NCBI GenBank assembly: GCA_041621915.1
Contig: JBFJZV010000003.1
Span: 1-33,626 of the forward strand
Direction: 5' to 3'
Source: Acidimicrobiia bacterium
GTDB lineage: Bacteria > Actinomycetota > Acidimicrobiia > Spongiisociales > JAOTWH01
DNA: 33,626 nucleotides
Shown here piece by piece: positions 1 to 7,956 of this stretch. The position numbers and the translations under genes are program-made. Under the pieces are notes generated by a model. That model worked only from the letters and a program-made list of their open reading frames with translations. It made no database searches and was not told the origin of the DNA. Position 1 is the stretch's first letter, and each line of letters starts with the position of its first letter.

Positions 1-37
1 CCTCGTTGCTGATCTCCCGCAACTCCAACGGCTTCAC
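1..37 (-). CDS. Probable IS630-family transposase, N-terminal 12 codons only (MKPLELREISNE...)
   Basis: GGAGG (47-43) lies 5 nt upstream of GTG at 37. The peptide resembles, from memory, N-termini of actinobacterial IS630 transposases (..RVREIxxxEG..). Too short to be certain. Confidence 0.55.
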   Translation of the reverse strand, partial: MKPLELREISNE

Positions 38-125
38 CAGCACCTCCCATGACGCTACGTCACAGGATGCGCGCTCACCGCGCGTTAGCCAAGGACCCCC
101 ACCAACCTTTCAAGTCGGGGCACTA
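1..125 (-). mobile_element. End of a probable IS630-family insertion sequence (continues beyond the window start)
   Basis: Minus strand reads C-TA-GTGCCCCGACTTGAAAGGTTGG, a TA/CTAG target followed by an IS-like terminus. Codon style changes abruptly at 125, the TIR-ATPase gene is cut off here, and a GGAGG RBS plus a new ORF start lie inside the segment. Confidence 0.65.
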
Positions 126-864
126 GCTCGGACTCGAGCAGGTCGGGGTCGGCGAGGTCGGAGAGAGGCACGAGCCAGGCGCCGTCGTCGTACTGGTGCA
201 CCAGGCTCAACGCCGTCTCCCGGGCCAGCCGCGACTTGCCCACCCCGCCGGGCCCGGTCACGGTCACGAGCCGGGCGCGGGTCAGCTCGCCTTCCAGCTC
301 CTCGATCTCGTCGTCCCGCCCGATGAACTCGGTCAGCTCCCGGACCACGTTGGTGCGGTCCCCCTCGCCGGCGGCGCGCTCGGCGCGAGCCAGCGCCTGC
401 TCCACGGCCCGCACCAGGCCTGGCACGTGGTCCTTGAAGGGCTTGTTGCGGTCGATCGTCGTCGCCTGGAAGCTCGACAGCTTCCGCAGGTCGGGTGGGA
501 GCGCGTCGGGCGACGGCAGCGGGGCACCGTTCACGAGAACCGGGAGGACGGTCGCTGCCGGGATCGCCGACGCCACCTCCCGCCGGACCCAGTCGTCCGG
601 CACGTGCAAGCGGAGGTTGCCCTCGGCATCGGTGGTCGACGCCCAGTCAGGGCCGATGACCGCCACCAACACGCCCGGGTTGGCGAGGAAGTCGCGAAGC
701 ACGTCTGCCCACGCCGCTCCGGCGCCGATGTCCTCGATGTCGAAGAACACCCGCTCCTCACCGAAGTGCTCGGCCAGGCACTCGTGGATCTGCTCGGCGA
801 ATGCCCGGCTGTCGTCGCGGCGATAGCTGATGAAGATGCCGAGCACCAGGTGTCCCCCTTCCAC
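85..864 (-). CDS. TIR-domain (TIR_2-type) protein fused to the start of a STAND/NB-ARC-like ATPase; truncated by the IS at 125 (probable pseudogene)
   Basis: TIR motifs IFISYRRDD, VFFDIEDI and DWVRREV (putative catalytic Glu). These are followed by FIGRDDEI...LVTVTGPGGVGKSRLA (Walker A), with no Walker B. The last 12 aa (VPRLERLVGVLG) are read from IS sequence. The real start may be GTG at 846 (purine-rich RBS upstream). Confidence 0.85.
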   Translation of the reverse strand: MEGGHLVLGIFISYRRDDSRAFAEQIHECLAEHFGEERVFFDIEDIGAGAAWADVLRDFLANPGVLVAVIGPDWASTTDAEGNLRLHVPDDWVRREVASAIPAATVLPVLVNGAPLPSPDALPPDLRKLSSFQATTIDRNKPFKDHVPGLVRAVEQALARAERAAGEGDRTNVVRELTEFIGRDDEIEELEGELTRARLVTVTGPGGVGKSRLARETALSLVHQYDDGAWLVPLSDLADPDLLESELVPRLERLVGVLG

Positions 865-931
865 GAAGCGCCTGTGGCGCCCACCTTACCGATAGGCCGG
901 TCGGATCGTCCGGTGCCGGCTGACCACGCGG

Positions 932-982
932 CGCGTCGGCGCGGTCCGAACACTCGCACCCCTTCCCCGCCGGCGGGGGAAG
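932..982 (+). repeat. REP-like palindromic repeat, copy A (may also terminate the ccm operon)
   Basis: 932-965 matches the reverse complement of 7702-7735 at 32 of 34 nt. The copy ends in the palindrome CTTCCCCGCCGGCGGGGGAAG, 13 nt past the ccmG stop. Confidence 0.8.
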
Positions 983-995
983 AAGGAACGGGACA

Positions 996-1607
996 CTATT
1001 GGTCCGGCGTCCCTTGGACGGGGCCGCTCTCCACCGACCCCACGTCGCCCCCTGCGAGGATCGTGTCGAGCGCGCCGAACAGCAGCCCGGCGTCGACGGG
1101 CCCGCGCACGTTGCCCACCACCGTCCCGTCCCGAGCCACGAAGAACGTCTCGGGCACACCGAACACGCCGAACTCGATGGCGGCCCGCGTCGTCTCGTCG
1201 ACGACATAGTCGTACCCGCGCCCCAGCTCGTCCAGGAACCCGCTCGCGTTGGAGCGGCTGTCCTGATAGCTGATCCCCACGAACCGCACCCCGGCGTCCC
1301 GGTACGCCTCCGCCGCCGCCACGAGCTGAGCGTGTTCGGTCCGGCACGGCAGGCACCAGGACGCCCAGAAGTTCACGACGACGATCTCGCCGTCGAGTTC
1401 GCCGAGGTTGAGCTCGCCGGGCTTCTCCAGGTAGGGGAGCGACACGTCGGGCACCGGGGCGCCGATGAGCGGCGACGACACCAGGTTCGGGTCGCTGCCG
1501 AAGCGCGACCACAGCACCACGCCGAGCACCACGACCGCCACGAAGAGGCTGCCGAGCACCCAGGGGATACGGCTGCGGCCGGTCGGGCCGGCGGCCTCCT
1601 CGGTCAC
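996..1607 (-). CDS. ccmG: Membrane-anchored thiol:disulfide oxidoreductase (CcmG/DsbE, TlpA family)
   Basis: N-terminal TM helix, VVVNFWASWCLPC active site and GVPETFF motif. GTG start overlaps the upstream stop (GTGA). Last gene of the ccm operon. Confidence 0.9.
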   Translation of the reverse strand: MTEEAAGPTGRSRIPWVLGSLFVAVVVLGVVLWSRFGSDPNLVSSPLIGAPVPDVSLPYLEKPGELNLGELDGEIVVVNFWASWCLPCRTEHAQLVAAAEAYRDAGVRFVGISYQDSRSNASGFLDELGRGYDYVVDETTRAAIEFGVFGVPETFFVARDGTVVGNVRGPVDAGLLFGALDTILAGGDVGSVESGPVQGTPDQ

Positions 1608-2812
1608 GACGCCGCCTCGCGCGCCTGCTCGAGCGTCTGGGCCACCATCTCCCGCTCGTCCCCCCGCAGGTCGGGGTTGTCGAGCAGCCGCTCCAGCAGC
1701 ACCACCGTCCCCGCAGGGTCGGCGCCAGTCTCGAGCTGCGCCAACGCCAGGAACCACAGTGCCTCGGGACGGTCGGGATCGGCGTCGAGGCTGCGTTCCA
1801 GGTAGCGGACCCCGAGGTCCGGTTCCCCACCGAGGTAGGTGATCCACCCGACGTAGGCCAGCGCCTCGGCGGTCGGTTGCTGCTCCAGCACCACCAGCAG
1901 ATGATCGAGCGCCTTGGAGAGCTCACCGTCGTCGAGGTAGCGGCGGGCCAGAGCCATCCGCATGCCCGTGACCTCGGGGTTGGCGGCGACGACCGCCTCC
2001 ATCTCGTCGTTGGTGACGGCCGCCAGGTCGCGCGGCGCGTCGTCGGCGGCGCCGGTGACGATGCCGCCGGTGGCGAACCCACCCTCGGGCCGCGGCTCCA
2101 GCGCCACGACCACCCCCGCCACCACGATCGCCGCGCCGGTCGCGAACGCCAGCGTCCCGACGACCATCCGCCGCCGCGACCGCCCCGCGGCCTCCGGCCG
2201 CAGCGCGAGCATCGCCGCCTCGGCCGCCGCGATGTCGGCTCGGTACCCCTCGGCCAGCCGCTCCCGGGTGGCCCCGTCGATCTCCCCGGCGGCGAGCTGG
2301 ACGTCGATGGCCGCGAGGTCGGCCCGTGCCACGGCAATCTGCTCCTGGAGCCGAACCCGTCGCGGGTCATCGGCGCCGACAACGGGCTGTCCGTCCTGGG
2401 TCGTCGGACTGCCGGAAGGGGAGCGCTGGCGACGCCGCGACCAGATCGCGCCGACGCCCACTGCGGCAGCGCCGACGGGCAGCGCGAAGAGCCAGACATT
2501 GAGGCCGCGGGGTGCGGGGTCGAGCAGCACCCACTCGCCGTATCGGGCGACGAAGAAGTCCTCGATCTCGGCGTCGGTCCTGCCGGCGGCGATCTGTTCG
2601 TCGATGACCGCTCGCAACGCCCGGCCGATGTCCGACGGCGCGTCGGCGATCGACTCGTTGGGGCAGGTGGGGCAGCGGAGCCGCCCGGCCAGGCTCTGGG
2701 CGCGATCGGCGTCGGACCCGCCGGAGCCGGTGATCAGCCCCCAACCGATCACCATGACCGCGGCGAGCGTCACGAGCGCGGCGGCGGCGCGCCGCAGCCG
2801 CTCAGCCGGCAC
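1604..2812 (-). CDS. ccmH: CcmH fused to a CcmI/CycH-like TM plus TPR region
   Basis: LRCPTC and FFVARYGEWVLLDP motifs, further TM helices, and C-terminal TPR-like repeats. Confidence 0.9.
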   Translation of the reverse strand: MPAERLRRAAAALVTLAAVMVIGWGLITGSGGSDADRAQSLAGRLRCPTCPNESIADAPSDIGRALRAVIDEQIAAGRTDAEIEDFFVARYGEWVLLDPAPRGLNVWLFALPVGAAAVGVGAIWSRRRQRSPSGSPTTQDGQPVVGADDPRRVRLQEQIAVARADLAAIDVQLAAGEIDGATRERLAEGYRADIAAAEAAMLALRPEAAGRSRRRMVVGTLAFATGAAIVVAGVVVALEPRPEGGFATGGIVTGAADDAPRDLAAVTNDEMEAVVAANPEVTGMRMALARRYLDDGELSKALDHLLVVLEQQPTAEALAYVGWITYLGGEPDLGVRYLERSLDADPDRPEALWFLALAQLETGADPAGTVVLLERLLDNPDLRGDEREMVAQTLEQAREAAS

Positions 2813-4769
2813 GGGCCGGCTCCGCCGCCGGCGCCTCCACGTCGCGTCGGCGTTTGCGCAGCACCAGCGGCACCGCGGCCCCGGCGGCGGTGAGCAGGCC
2901 GCCCGCCCACAGCAGCCACTGGAGGGGGTAGCGGAACAGGTCGAGGGTGATGTCGCCGCTCTCGATGCGCGTCAGGCTGATGTAGATGTCCTCCACGGGA
3001 CCGACCCGCACCGCCGGCGTCGGCACCGCCTGCACCTGGTTCGGGTAGTCGTTGAGGCGCGGCTCGAGGGTGGCGACGACGTCGCCGCCGCGGCGCAGCT
3101 CCACCGTGGCGCCGATGACGTCGCGGTGCCGCTCGGACCGGAAGAGCGGTGCTACGTAGGCGACTTCGTACCCGGCGAACTCCACCGACTCGCCTGGCGA
3201 GAGCGGCGCGTCGGTCACCCGGGTGGCGAAGGCGCCGCTCACCGTGATCGCCACCGCCACCAGCGCCACCCCGATGTGGGAGACCTGACCGCCCCAGTAG
3301 CCGGGATCGTTGCGCACCAGCCGGCCCGTGGCCGCCAGCAGGGACCCGTTGCGGGCGCGCGCGAGCGCCCACAGATGGCGCAGGATCGCAATGATCACCA
3401 GCGTCGCCAGGCCGACCACCAGCAGCACGTTCACATTGCGGGCGCCGGCGACCACCACGGCCGCGACGGCCACCAGGGCGGCCTGCACCGGCAGCCGCAA
3501 CCGTTCCCACAGCACCGGCCAGCGGGCGACCCGGTACGGCGTCACCGGCCCGATACCCATCGCCAGTAGCAGCGCGAAGCCGAGCGGGGTGGCGGCCCGA
3601 TCGAAGAACGGCCGGCCGACCGAGAGCTGGTCGCCGGTGAACGCCTCCACCACGATCGGCCACATCGTGCCGACCAGCACCACGAACGCGAAGAGCGCCA
3701 GCAGCAGGTTGTTGAGCAGGAACACCCCCTCGCGGCTGGCGAGAGAGTCGAGGCGCGGTGACGAAGCGACGAGCTGGGCCCGCATGGCGAACAGGGCGAA
3801 CGCGGCCACGGTGATCACGCCGAGGAAGGCCAGCAGTGCCGGGCCGACCGCCGACTGCGTGAAGCTGTGCACGGAGGCCACGACGCCGGATCGGGTGAGG
3901 AAGGTGCCGAGGATCGTCAGCGCGAATGTGGCGATCACCAGCGCCACGTTCCACGCCTGCAGCATGCCGCGACGCCGCTGCACCACCGACGAGTGGATGA
4001 ACGCCGTCGCCACCAGCCAGGGGATGAACGACGCGTTCTCCACCGGATCCCACGCCCAGTAGCCGCCCCAGCCGAGCACCGCGTACGACCACAGCGCCCC
4101 CAGCGTGATGCCGACGGTCAGGAACCCCCAGGCCAGCAGCGACCAGCGGCGGGTCACCTCCAGCCACGCCGAGCCGGGCCGCCGGCCCGCCAGCGCCGAC
4201 ATCGCGAACGCGAAGGGCACGGTGAACCCCACGAACCCGACATACAGCAGCGGGGGATGGACCGCCATCAGGATGTGGTTCTGGAGCAGTGGGTTGGGAC
4301 CTGCCCCGTCGGCCGGCGCCGGGTCGAGCGTCGCGAACGGGTTGGCAGCGGTCAGCATCAGCCCGAAGAAGAACAGCGCCACCGCGGCCATCACCACCAG
4401 CGCCAGTGGGGTGAGGCCGTCGCCGCGCCGGAACCGGTAGTACACCCAGAACGTGAAGCCGGCCAACACCAGCCCCCACAGCACGATCGAGCCCTCGAGC
4501 GCCGCCCACCCGGAGGCGATCGTGAACAGTGTCGGCGTGGCGCGGGCGTGGTTGCGGGCGACGTACTCGATGGAGAAGTCGTGGGTGAGGAGCCCGACCT
4601 CGAGGGCACCCATCGCCAGCACCGCTCCGCCCAGGAGCGCCCATACCGGGATGCGCAGCGCAGCCCGACCCAGCTCGGGCCGGCGGTGGACCCGCACCCC
4701 CTGCACCGCCAGCGCCGCAGCTCCCGCGAACGCGACCACGATGCCGGCGTAGCCGGCCAGCGCGATCAC
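2802..4769 (-). CDS. ccmF: Cytochrome c heme lyase CcmF
   Basis: WGGYWAWDPVEN (WWD domain), HPPLLY, and FLTRSGVVASVHSF. Start moved to GTG 4769, which overlaps the ccmE stop. Confidence 0.96.
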   Translation of the reverse strand: MIALAGYAGIVVAFAGAAALAVQGVRVHRRPELGRAALRIPVWALLGGAVLAMGALEVGLLTHDFSIEYVARNHARATPTLFTIASGWAALEGSIVLWGLVLAGFTFWVYYRFRRGDGLTPLALVVMAAVALFFFGLMLTAANPFATLDPAPADGAGPNPLLQNHILMAVHPPLLYVGFVGFTVPFAFAMSALAGRRPGSAWLEVTRRWSLLAWGFLTVGITLGALWSYAVLGWGGYWAWDPVENASFIPWLVATAFIHSSVVQRRRGMLQAWNVALVIATFALTILGTFLTRSGVVASVHSFTQSAVGPALLAFLGVITVAAFALFAMRAQLVASSPRLDSLASREGVFLLNNLLLALFAFVVLVGTMWPIVVEAFTGDQLSVGRPFFDRAATPLGFALLLAMGIGPVTPYRVARWPVLWERLRLPVQAALVAVAAVVVAGARNVNVLLVVGLATLVIIAILRHLWALARARNGSLLAATGRLVRNDPGYWGGQVSHIGVALVAVAITVSGAFATRVTDAPLSPGESVEFAGYEVAYVAPLFRSERHRDVIGATVELRRGGDVVATLEPRLNDYPNQVQAVPTPAVRVGPVEDIYISLTRIESGDITLDLFRYPLQWLLWAGGLLTAAGAAVPLVLRKRRRDVEAPAAEPARAG

Positions 4770-5176
4770 TCCGCGACCCCCTCGCCGGGCTTGTAGACCC
4801 CGCCCTCCTCGGTGCGGTACTGCTCGTCGTGCTTGATGAGCATCGTGTCGCTGCGGAACACCGCCCCGTCCCACCGGCCCTCGACGACCACCCCGATGCC
4901 CTCCTGGAAGAGCTGCGCGGGGCTGCCGCGGTGTACCACCGGCACCGCGGCGGTGCCGTCGCCGACCTCGAACGCCACCTGCGCCTCGTCCTGGGTGACG
5001 GTCCCCGGGACCACCTGGCCGCCGAGGCGCAGCCGGCCGTCGTCGGCGGGCTCGCCGGCCAACTCGGTGGGGGTCCGGAAGTACACGAGGCTGTCGCCCA
5101 GCGCTCCGAAGGTGAGGAAGCCGAAGATGACCACCAGCAGCCCGACCGCGGGGATCACGAACGCCCGGTACCGCAT
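4766..5176 (-). CDS. ccmE: Heme chaperone CcmE
   Basis: LRLGGQV, LFQEGIGVVVEG and the KHDEQY (HxxxY) heme-binding motif. Confidence 0.95.
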   Translation of the reverse strand: MRYRAFVIPAVGLLVVIFGFLTFGALGDSLVYFRTPTELAGEPADDGRLRLGGQVVPGTVTQDEAQVAFEVGDGTAAVPVVHRGSPAQLFQEGIGVVVEGRWDGAVFRSDTMLIKHDEQYRTEEGGVYKPGEGVAE

Positions 5177-5177
5177 G

Positions 5178-5300
5178 TCAGGCCAGCTCGTCGAGACGGC
5201 GGCGGGCTCGCCGGGTGCGGGCCGCCAGCGACCCCACGTATGCGGCCAGCATCCCGTACATCAGCCCGAAGCCGAGCGCGACCCAGCCCCACTCACTCAT
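5178..5300 (-). CDS. ccmD: CcmD-like small membrane protein (40 aa)
   Basis: MSEWGWVALGFGLMYGMLAAYVGSLAARTRRARRRLDELA: one TM helix and a basic tail, located between ccmC and ccmE. Confidence 0.8.
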   Translation of the reverse strand: MSEWGWVALGFGLMYGMLAAYVGSLAARTRRARRRLDELA

Positions 5301-6033
5301 CGTCGACACCCACCGGCAGCCGAGCGTCGAGGCGGGGGGCGGTGACCGCGTCTCCGGCGACCGCCCGGTCGTCGGCCGCCAGCAGCTCGTCGATCCGATC
5401 CTCGAGCTGGGAGAGCTGCATGCGGCGCCGCACCAGCACCACGTACGCGACGGTGAAGGCGACCACGGCCATCCACATCGCTGCCTGGAACGGCGGGTCC
5501 ATCTGCAGTGAGTCGGGGCGGATGACCGTGGCCGGCTGGTGCAGCGTCCGCCACCACACCACCGAAAAGTGGATGATCGGGATCTGCACGATGGCCAGGA
5601 TCCCGAACAGCGCCGCCCGCCGCGCCCGCACCACCTGGTCGGGGATGGCACGGCGCAGCGCCAGGTAGCCCAGGTACACGAAGAACAGCACGGCAGTGAG
5701 CACCAGCCGGGGATCCCACGTCCAGTACACGCCCCAGGTCGGCTTCGCCCACACCATGCCCATGACGATGGCTGCCCCCGTCATGAACACCCCGACCTCC
5801 GCCGACGCCCCGGCGAGCCGGTCCCACCGCAGCCGGCGGGTGATCAGATAGGCGGCGCTGCCCACGAGCGTCACGACGAAAGCGACGTACGCCAGCCAGA
5901 TCGAGGGCACGTGGACGAACAACATCCGCGCTACGTTGCCCTGGGTCTGCTCCGGTGGGACGAGCAGCGCGGCGCCCAGCGCCACGGCCAGGGTCCCGGC
6001 CGCCGTCAGCTCCCACAATCTCTGATTGGTCAT
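5293..6033 (-). CDS. ccmC: Heme exporter / cytochrome c assembly protein CcmC
   Basis: FVHVP, WAKPTWGVYWTWDPRL and SVVWWRTLHQ motifs. ATG 6033 overlaps the ccmB stop. Confidence 0.95.
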   Translation of the reverse strand: MTNQRLWELTAAGTLAVALGAALLVPPEQTQGNVARMLFVHVPSIWLAYVAFVVTLVGSAAYLITRRLRWDRLAGASAEVGVFMTGAAIVMGMVWAKPTWGVYWTWDPRLVLTAVLFFVYLGYLALRRAIPDQVVRARRAALFGILAIVQIPIIHFSVVWWRTLHQPATVIRPDSLQMDPPFQAAMWMAVVAFTVAYVVLVRRRMQLSQLEDRIDELLAADDRAVAGDAVTAPRLDARLPVGVDDE

Positions 6034-6701
6034 CGGGCGGCCTCCTCGAGCGGGCGGGCGCCGAGCACCCCGGCCACGGCCAGCGCCAGGTCGACGGCGG
6101 CCAACAGCAGGAGCCAGCCAAGGATACTTTCGCCGAGGCGCAAGCCTTCGAGGGCCTGGGTGGCGCCGAGCAGCAGCGGAACCGCCAGCGGCGCCACCAG
6201 CAGCGGCACCAGTGCCGGCCCGCTGTCCAGGGCCGCCACCAGCCGGCCGGCGACCGTTGCCAGCAGCGCGACGCCCGCCACCGTAAGCGGCAACACCAGG
6301 GCCATCCACCACCAACCCGCCAGGTCGGGGTCGTAGAGCGCAACCGCTACCGGGGCGAGCACCCCGGCATACAGGCCGAGCAGGGCGGTGTTGGCGAGGC
6401 CCTGGCCTGTGAACCTGGCGGCCGGGTCGATGCCGAGCAGGCCCAGCTGGTCGCGCTGGGACGGGGACTCCGCCGCGCTGCGGCGGAGCGCGACAAGGAT
6501 GCCGAACAGCAGCACCACCACCCAGTACATGCCCGGGCCGATGCGGGCGAGCAGCGGCCGGTCGGTGCCGATCGCCATGGGGATCAGCAGCAGCGCCACG
6601 CCGCCGAATGGCGCGGTCACCAACAACACCTCCCCGGACCGGATTTCGCCGACCAGGTCCCGGCCCGCCACCGCCAGCGCCTGCCGCCAGAAACCGGTCA
6701 T
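6030..6701 (-). CDS. ccmB: Heme exporter permease CcmB
   Basis: About six hydrophobic segments and an LVPLLVAPLAVPLLL motif. Lies between ccmA and ccmC with ATGA overlaps at both ends. Confidence 0.88.
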   Translation of the reverse strand: MTGFWRQALAVAGRDLVGEIRSGEVLLVTAPFGGVALLLIPMAIGTDRPLLARIGPGMYWVVVLLFGILVALRRSAAESPSQRDQLGLLGIDPAARFTGQGLANTALLGLYAGVLAPVAVALYDPDLAGWWWMALVLPLTVAGVALLATVAGRLVAALDSGPALVPLLVAPLAVPLLLGATQALEGLRLGESILGWLLLLAAVDLALAVAGVLGARPLEEAAR

Positions 6702-7348
6702 GCTGCGGCCGCCCACAGCTTGCCGCCGTCGAGGTCGTAGGCCCGGTCGACCAGGCCGCGCACCCGGGCGGGATCGTGGCTCACCAGCACGGCGGCGCCG
6801 CCGCGGGCCTGTGCCTGCTTGGCGAGCAGCGCCACGAGGTCGGCGGCGGCCGGGTCGAGCCCGGCGTGCGCCTCGTCGAGCAGCAACAGGTCGGGAGCGG
6901 TGAGCAGCACCCGGGCGAACTCGGCGCGCCGCTGCATGCCGTGGGAGCAGTGGTCGGCACGGCGGTGCCGGGCCCGGCCCAGCCCCACCTGGTCGAGCAC
7001 CTCGGCGACCCGCTCGGGGTCGTCGCCACGCACCCGTGCCACGAAGGCAGTGTTCTCGTGAAGGGTCAGCTCCGGGTAGAGCGACGGCTGGTGACCGACC
7101 AGCCCTATGCGGGGCCGCACCGCGAAGCGGTCCGGCTCGGCGAGGTCGGCCCCCAGGACGGTCCCGTTACCGGCCGACGGCGCCAGCAGGGTCGCCAGCA
7201 CCCGCAGCAGCGTCGACTTGCCGGACCCATTGGCGCCGTGGAGGCCGATCGCCTCGCCGGCTGCCACGACGAGGTCGAGGTCGCGCAGCACCGGCGTGTC
7301 GCCGAGGCGCACGCCCACGCCGCGCAGCTCGACGACGGGGGAAGTCAC
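6698..7348 (-). CDS. ccmA: Heme exporter ABC ATPase CcmA
   Basis: Walker A GANGSGKST, signature-like CSHGMQRR, Walker B LLLLDE and the H-switch VSHD. First gene of the ccm operon. Confidence 0.92.
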   Translation of the reverse strand: MTSPVVELRGVGVRLGDTPVLRDLDLVVAAGEAIGLHGANGSGKSTLLRVLATLLAPSAGNGTVLGADLAEPDRFAVRPRIGLVGHQPSLYPELTLHENTAFVARVRGDDPERVAEVLDQVGLGRARHRRADHCSHGMQRRAEFARVLLTAPDLLLLDEAHAGLDPAAADLVALLAKQAQARGGAAVLVSHDPARVRGLVDRAYDLDGGKLWAAAA

Positions 7349-7355
7349 GCCTCCG

Positions 7356-7361
7356 AGTGTA
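7356..7361 (-). promoter_or_regulatory. Putative -10 box (TACACT) of a leaderless ccmA transcript
   Basis: TANNNT lies 7 nt upstream of the GTG start, the typical geometry of an actinobacterial leaderless promoter. Confidence 0.55.
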
Positions 7362-7383
7362 CGGCGGGGCGGTTGGCAGGGGA

Positions 7384-7407
7384 CGGACCGGGAGACCCCC
7401 CGGTCCG
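7384..7407 (-). terminator. GC-rich hairpin downstream of the small secreted peptide gene
   Basis: Perfect 9-bp stem CGGACCGGG/CCCGGTCCG with a 6-nt loop, 20 nt after the stop at 7428. No U-tract. Confidence 0.55.
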
Positions 7408-7427
7408 CCTCGCGCCTCAGTGCCGGT

Positions 7428-7616
7428 TCAGCAGTTCGATGGGTCCGAGGTCACCGGGGTGTTGATGGTCCTGGTGAAGCCGGCGCCATCGTCCAACGAG
7501 AACGTGATCGTGGAAGGACGCCCGCAGTTCGCGCGTGCCGGGTCGGCAGCGGCGGGCACTGCGCCCAGCGCTGCAAGCAGCGTGAGCGCGGCGAGCGCGA
7601 GGAAGGTTCGTCGCAT
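7428..7616 (-). CDS. Small secreted protein (62 aa) with two cysteines, function unknown
   Basis: GGAAAGG RBS, signal peptide MRRTFLALAALTLLAALGAVPAAA, and mature part DPARANCGRPSTITFSLDDGAGFTRTINTPVTSDPSNC. A hairpin follows the stop. Confidence 0.7.
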   Translation of the reverse strand: MRRTFLALAALTLLAALGAVPAAADPARANCGRPSTITFSLDDGAGFTRTINTPVTSDPSNC

Positions 7617-7659
7617 GAGCAACACCTTTCCCTTGGACCGCGCTGTCTCGCCCGCGATG

Positions 7660-7735
7660 CTTCCCCCGCGGGGGAAGTGTGCCGAGGCGGAGCCTCGGGG
7701 AGAAGGGGCGCGAGTGCTCGGACCGCGCCGACGCG
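7660..7735 (-). repeat. REP-like palindromic repeat, copy B
   Basis: 34-nt core shared with 932-965, hairpin CCGAGGC-TCC-GCCTCGG, and the perfect 18-bp palindrome CTTCCCCCGCGGGGGAAG (7660-7677). Confidence 0.8.
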
Positions 7736-7802
7736 GCTTCCCAGCAGGCTGCGCTTGGCGAAACGCGGCATCCGGTCGTGGGTCGCACCCCCGAACATCT
7801 CG

Positions 7803-7856
7803 GCCCCCTCGTCTCGGCCCTGCGGGCCGAGACACTCCCCGGCGCGGCGGGGGGAG
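7803..7856 (+). repeat. REP-like palindromic repeat, copy C (inverted relative to B)
   Basis: CCCCCTC-[GTCTCGGCCC TGC GGGCCGAGAC]-ACTCCCC...GGGGAG, the same two-hairpin architecture as copies B and D. Confidence 0.7.
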
Positions 7857-7956
7857 AACGCGCATCGATCCAGCCGATAGCCGCGGATCCGGGGCGGACC
7901 GGGGACCGCAGATGTGCCTCCTGCCGGAACCCATGGCCCGGGAAGGCATCGCCGGC

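Noticed and set aside
932-7735. ccm block as a composite transposon bounded by the 34-bp inverted repeats
   Set aside because: There is no transposase inside, I could see no target-site duplication, and related palindromes occur elsewhere in the window. A REP-like family explains it better.
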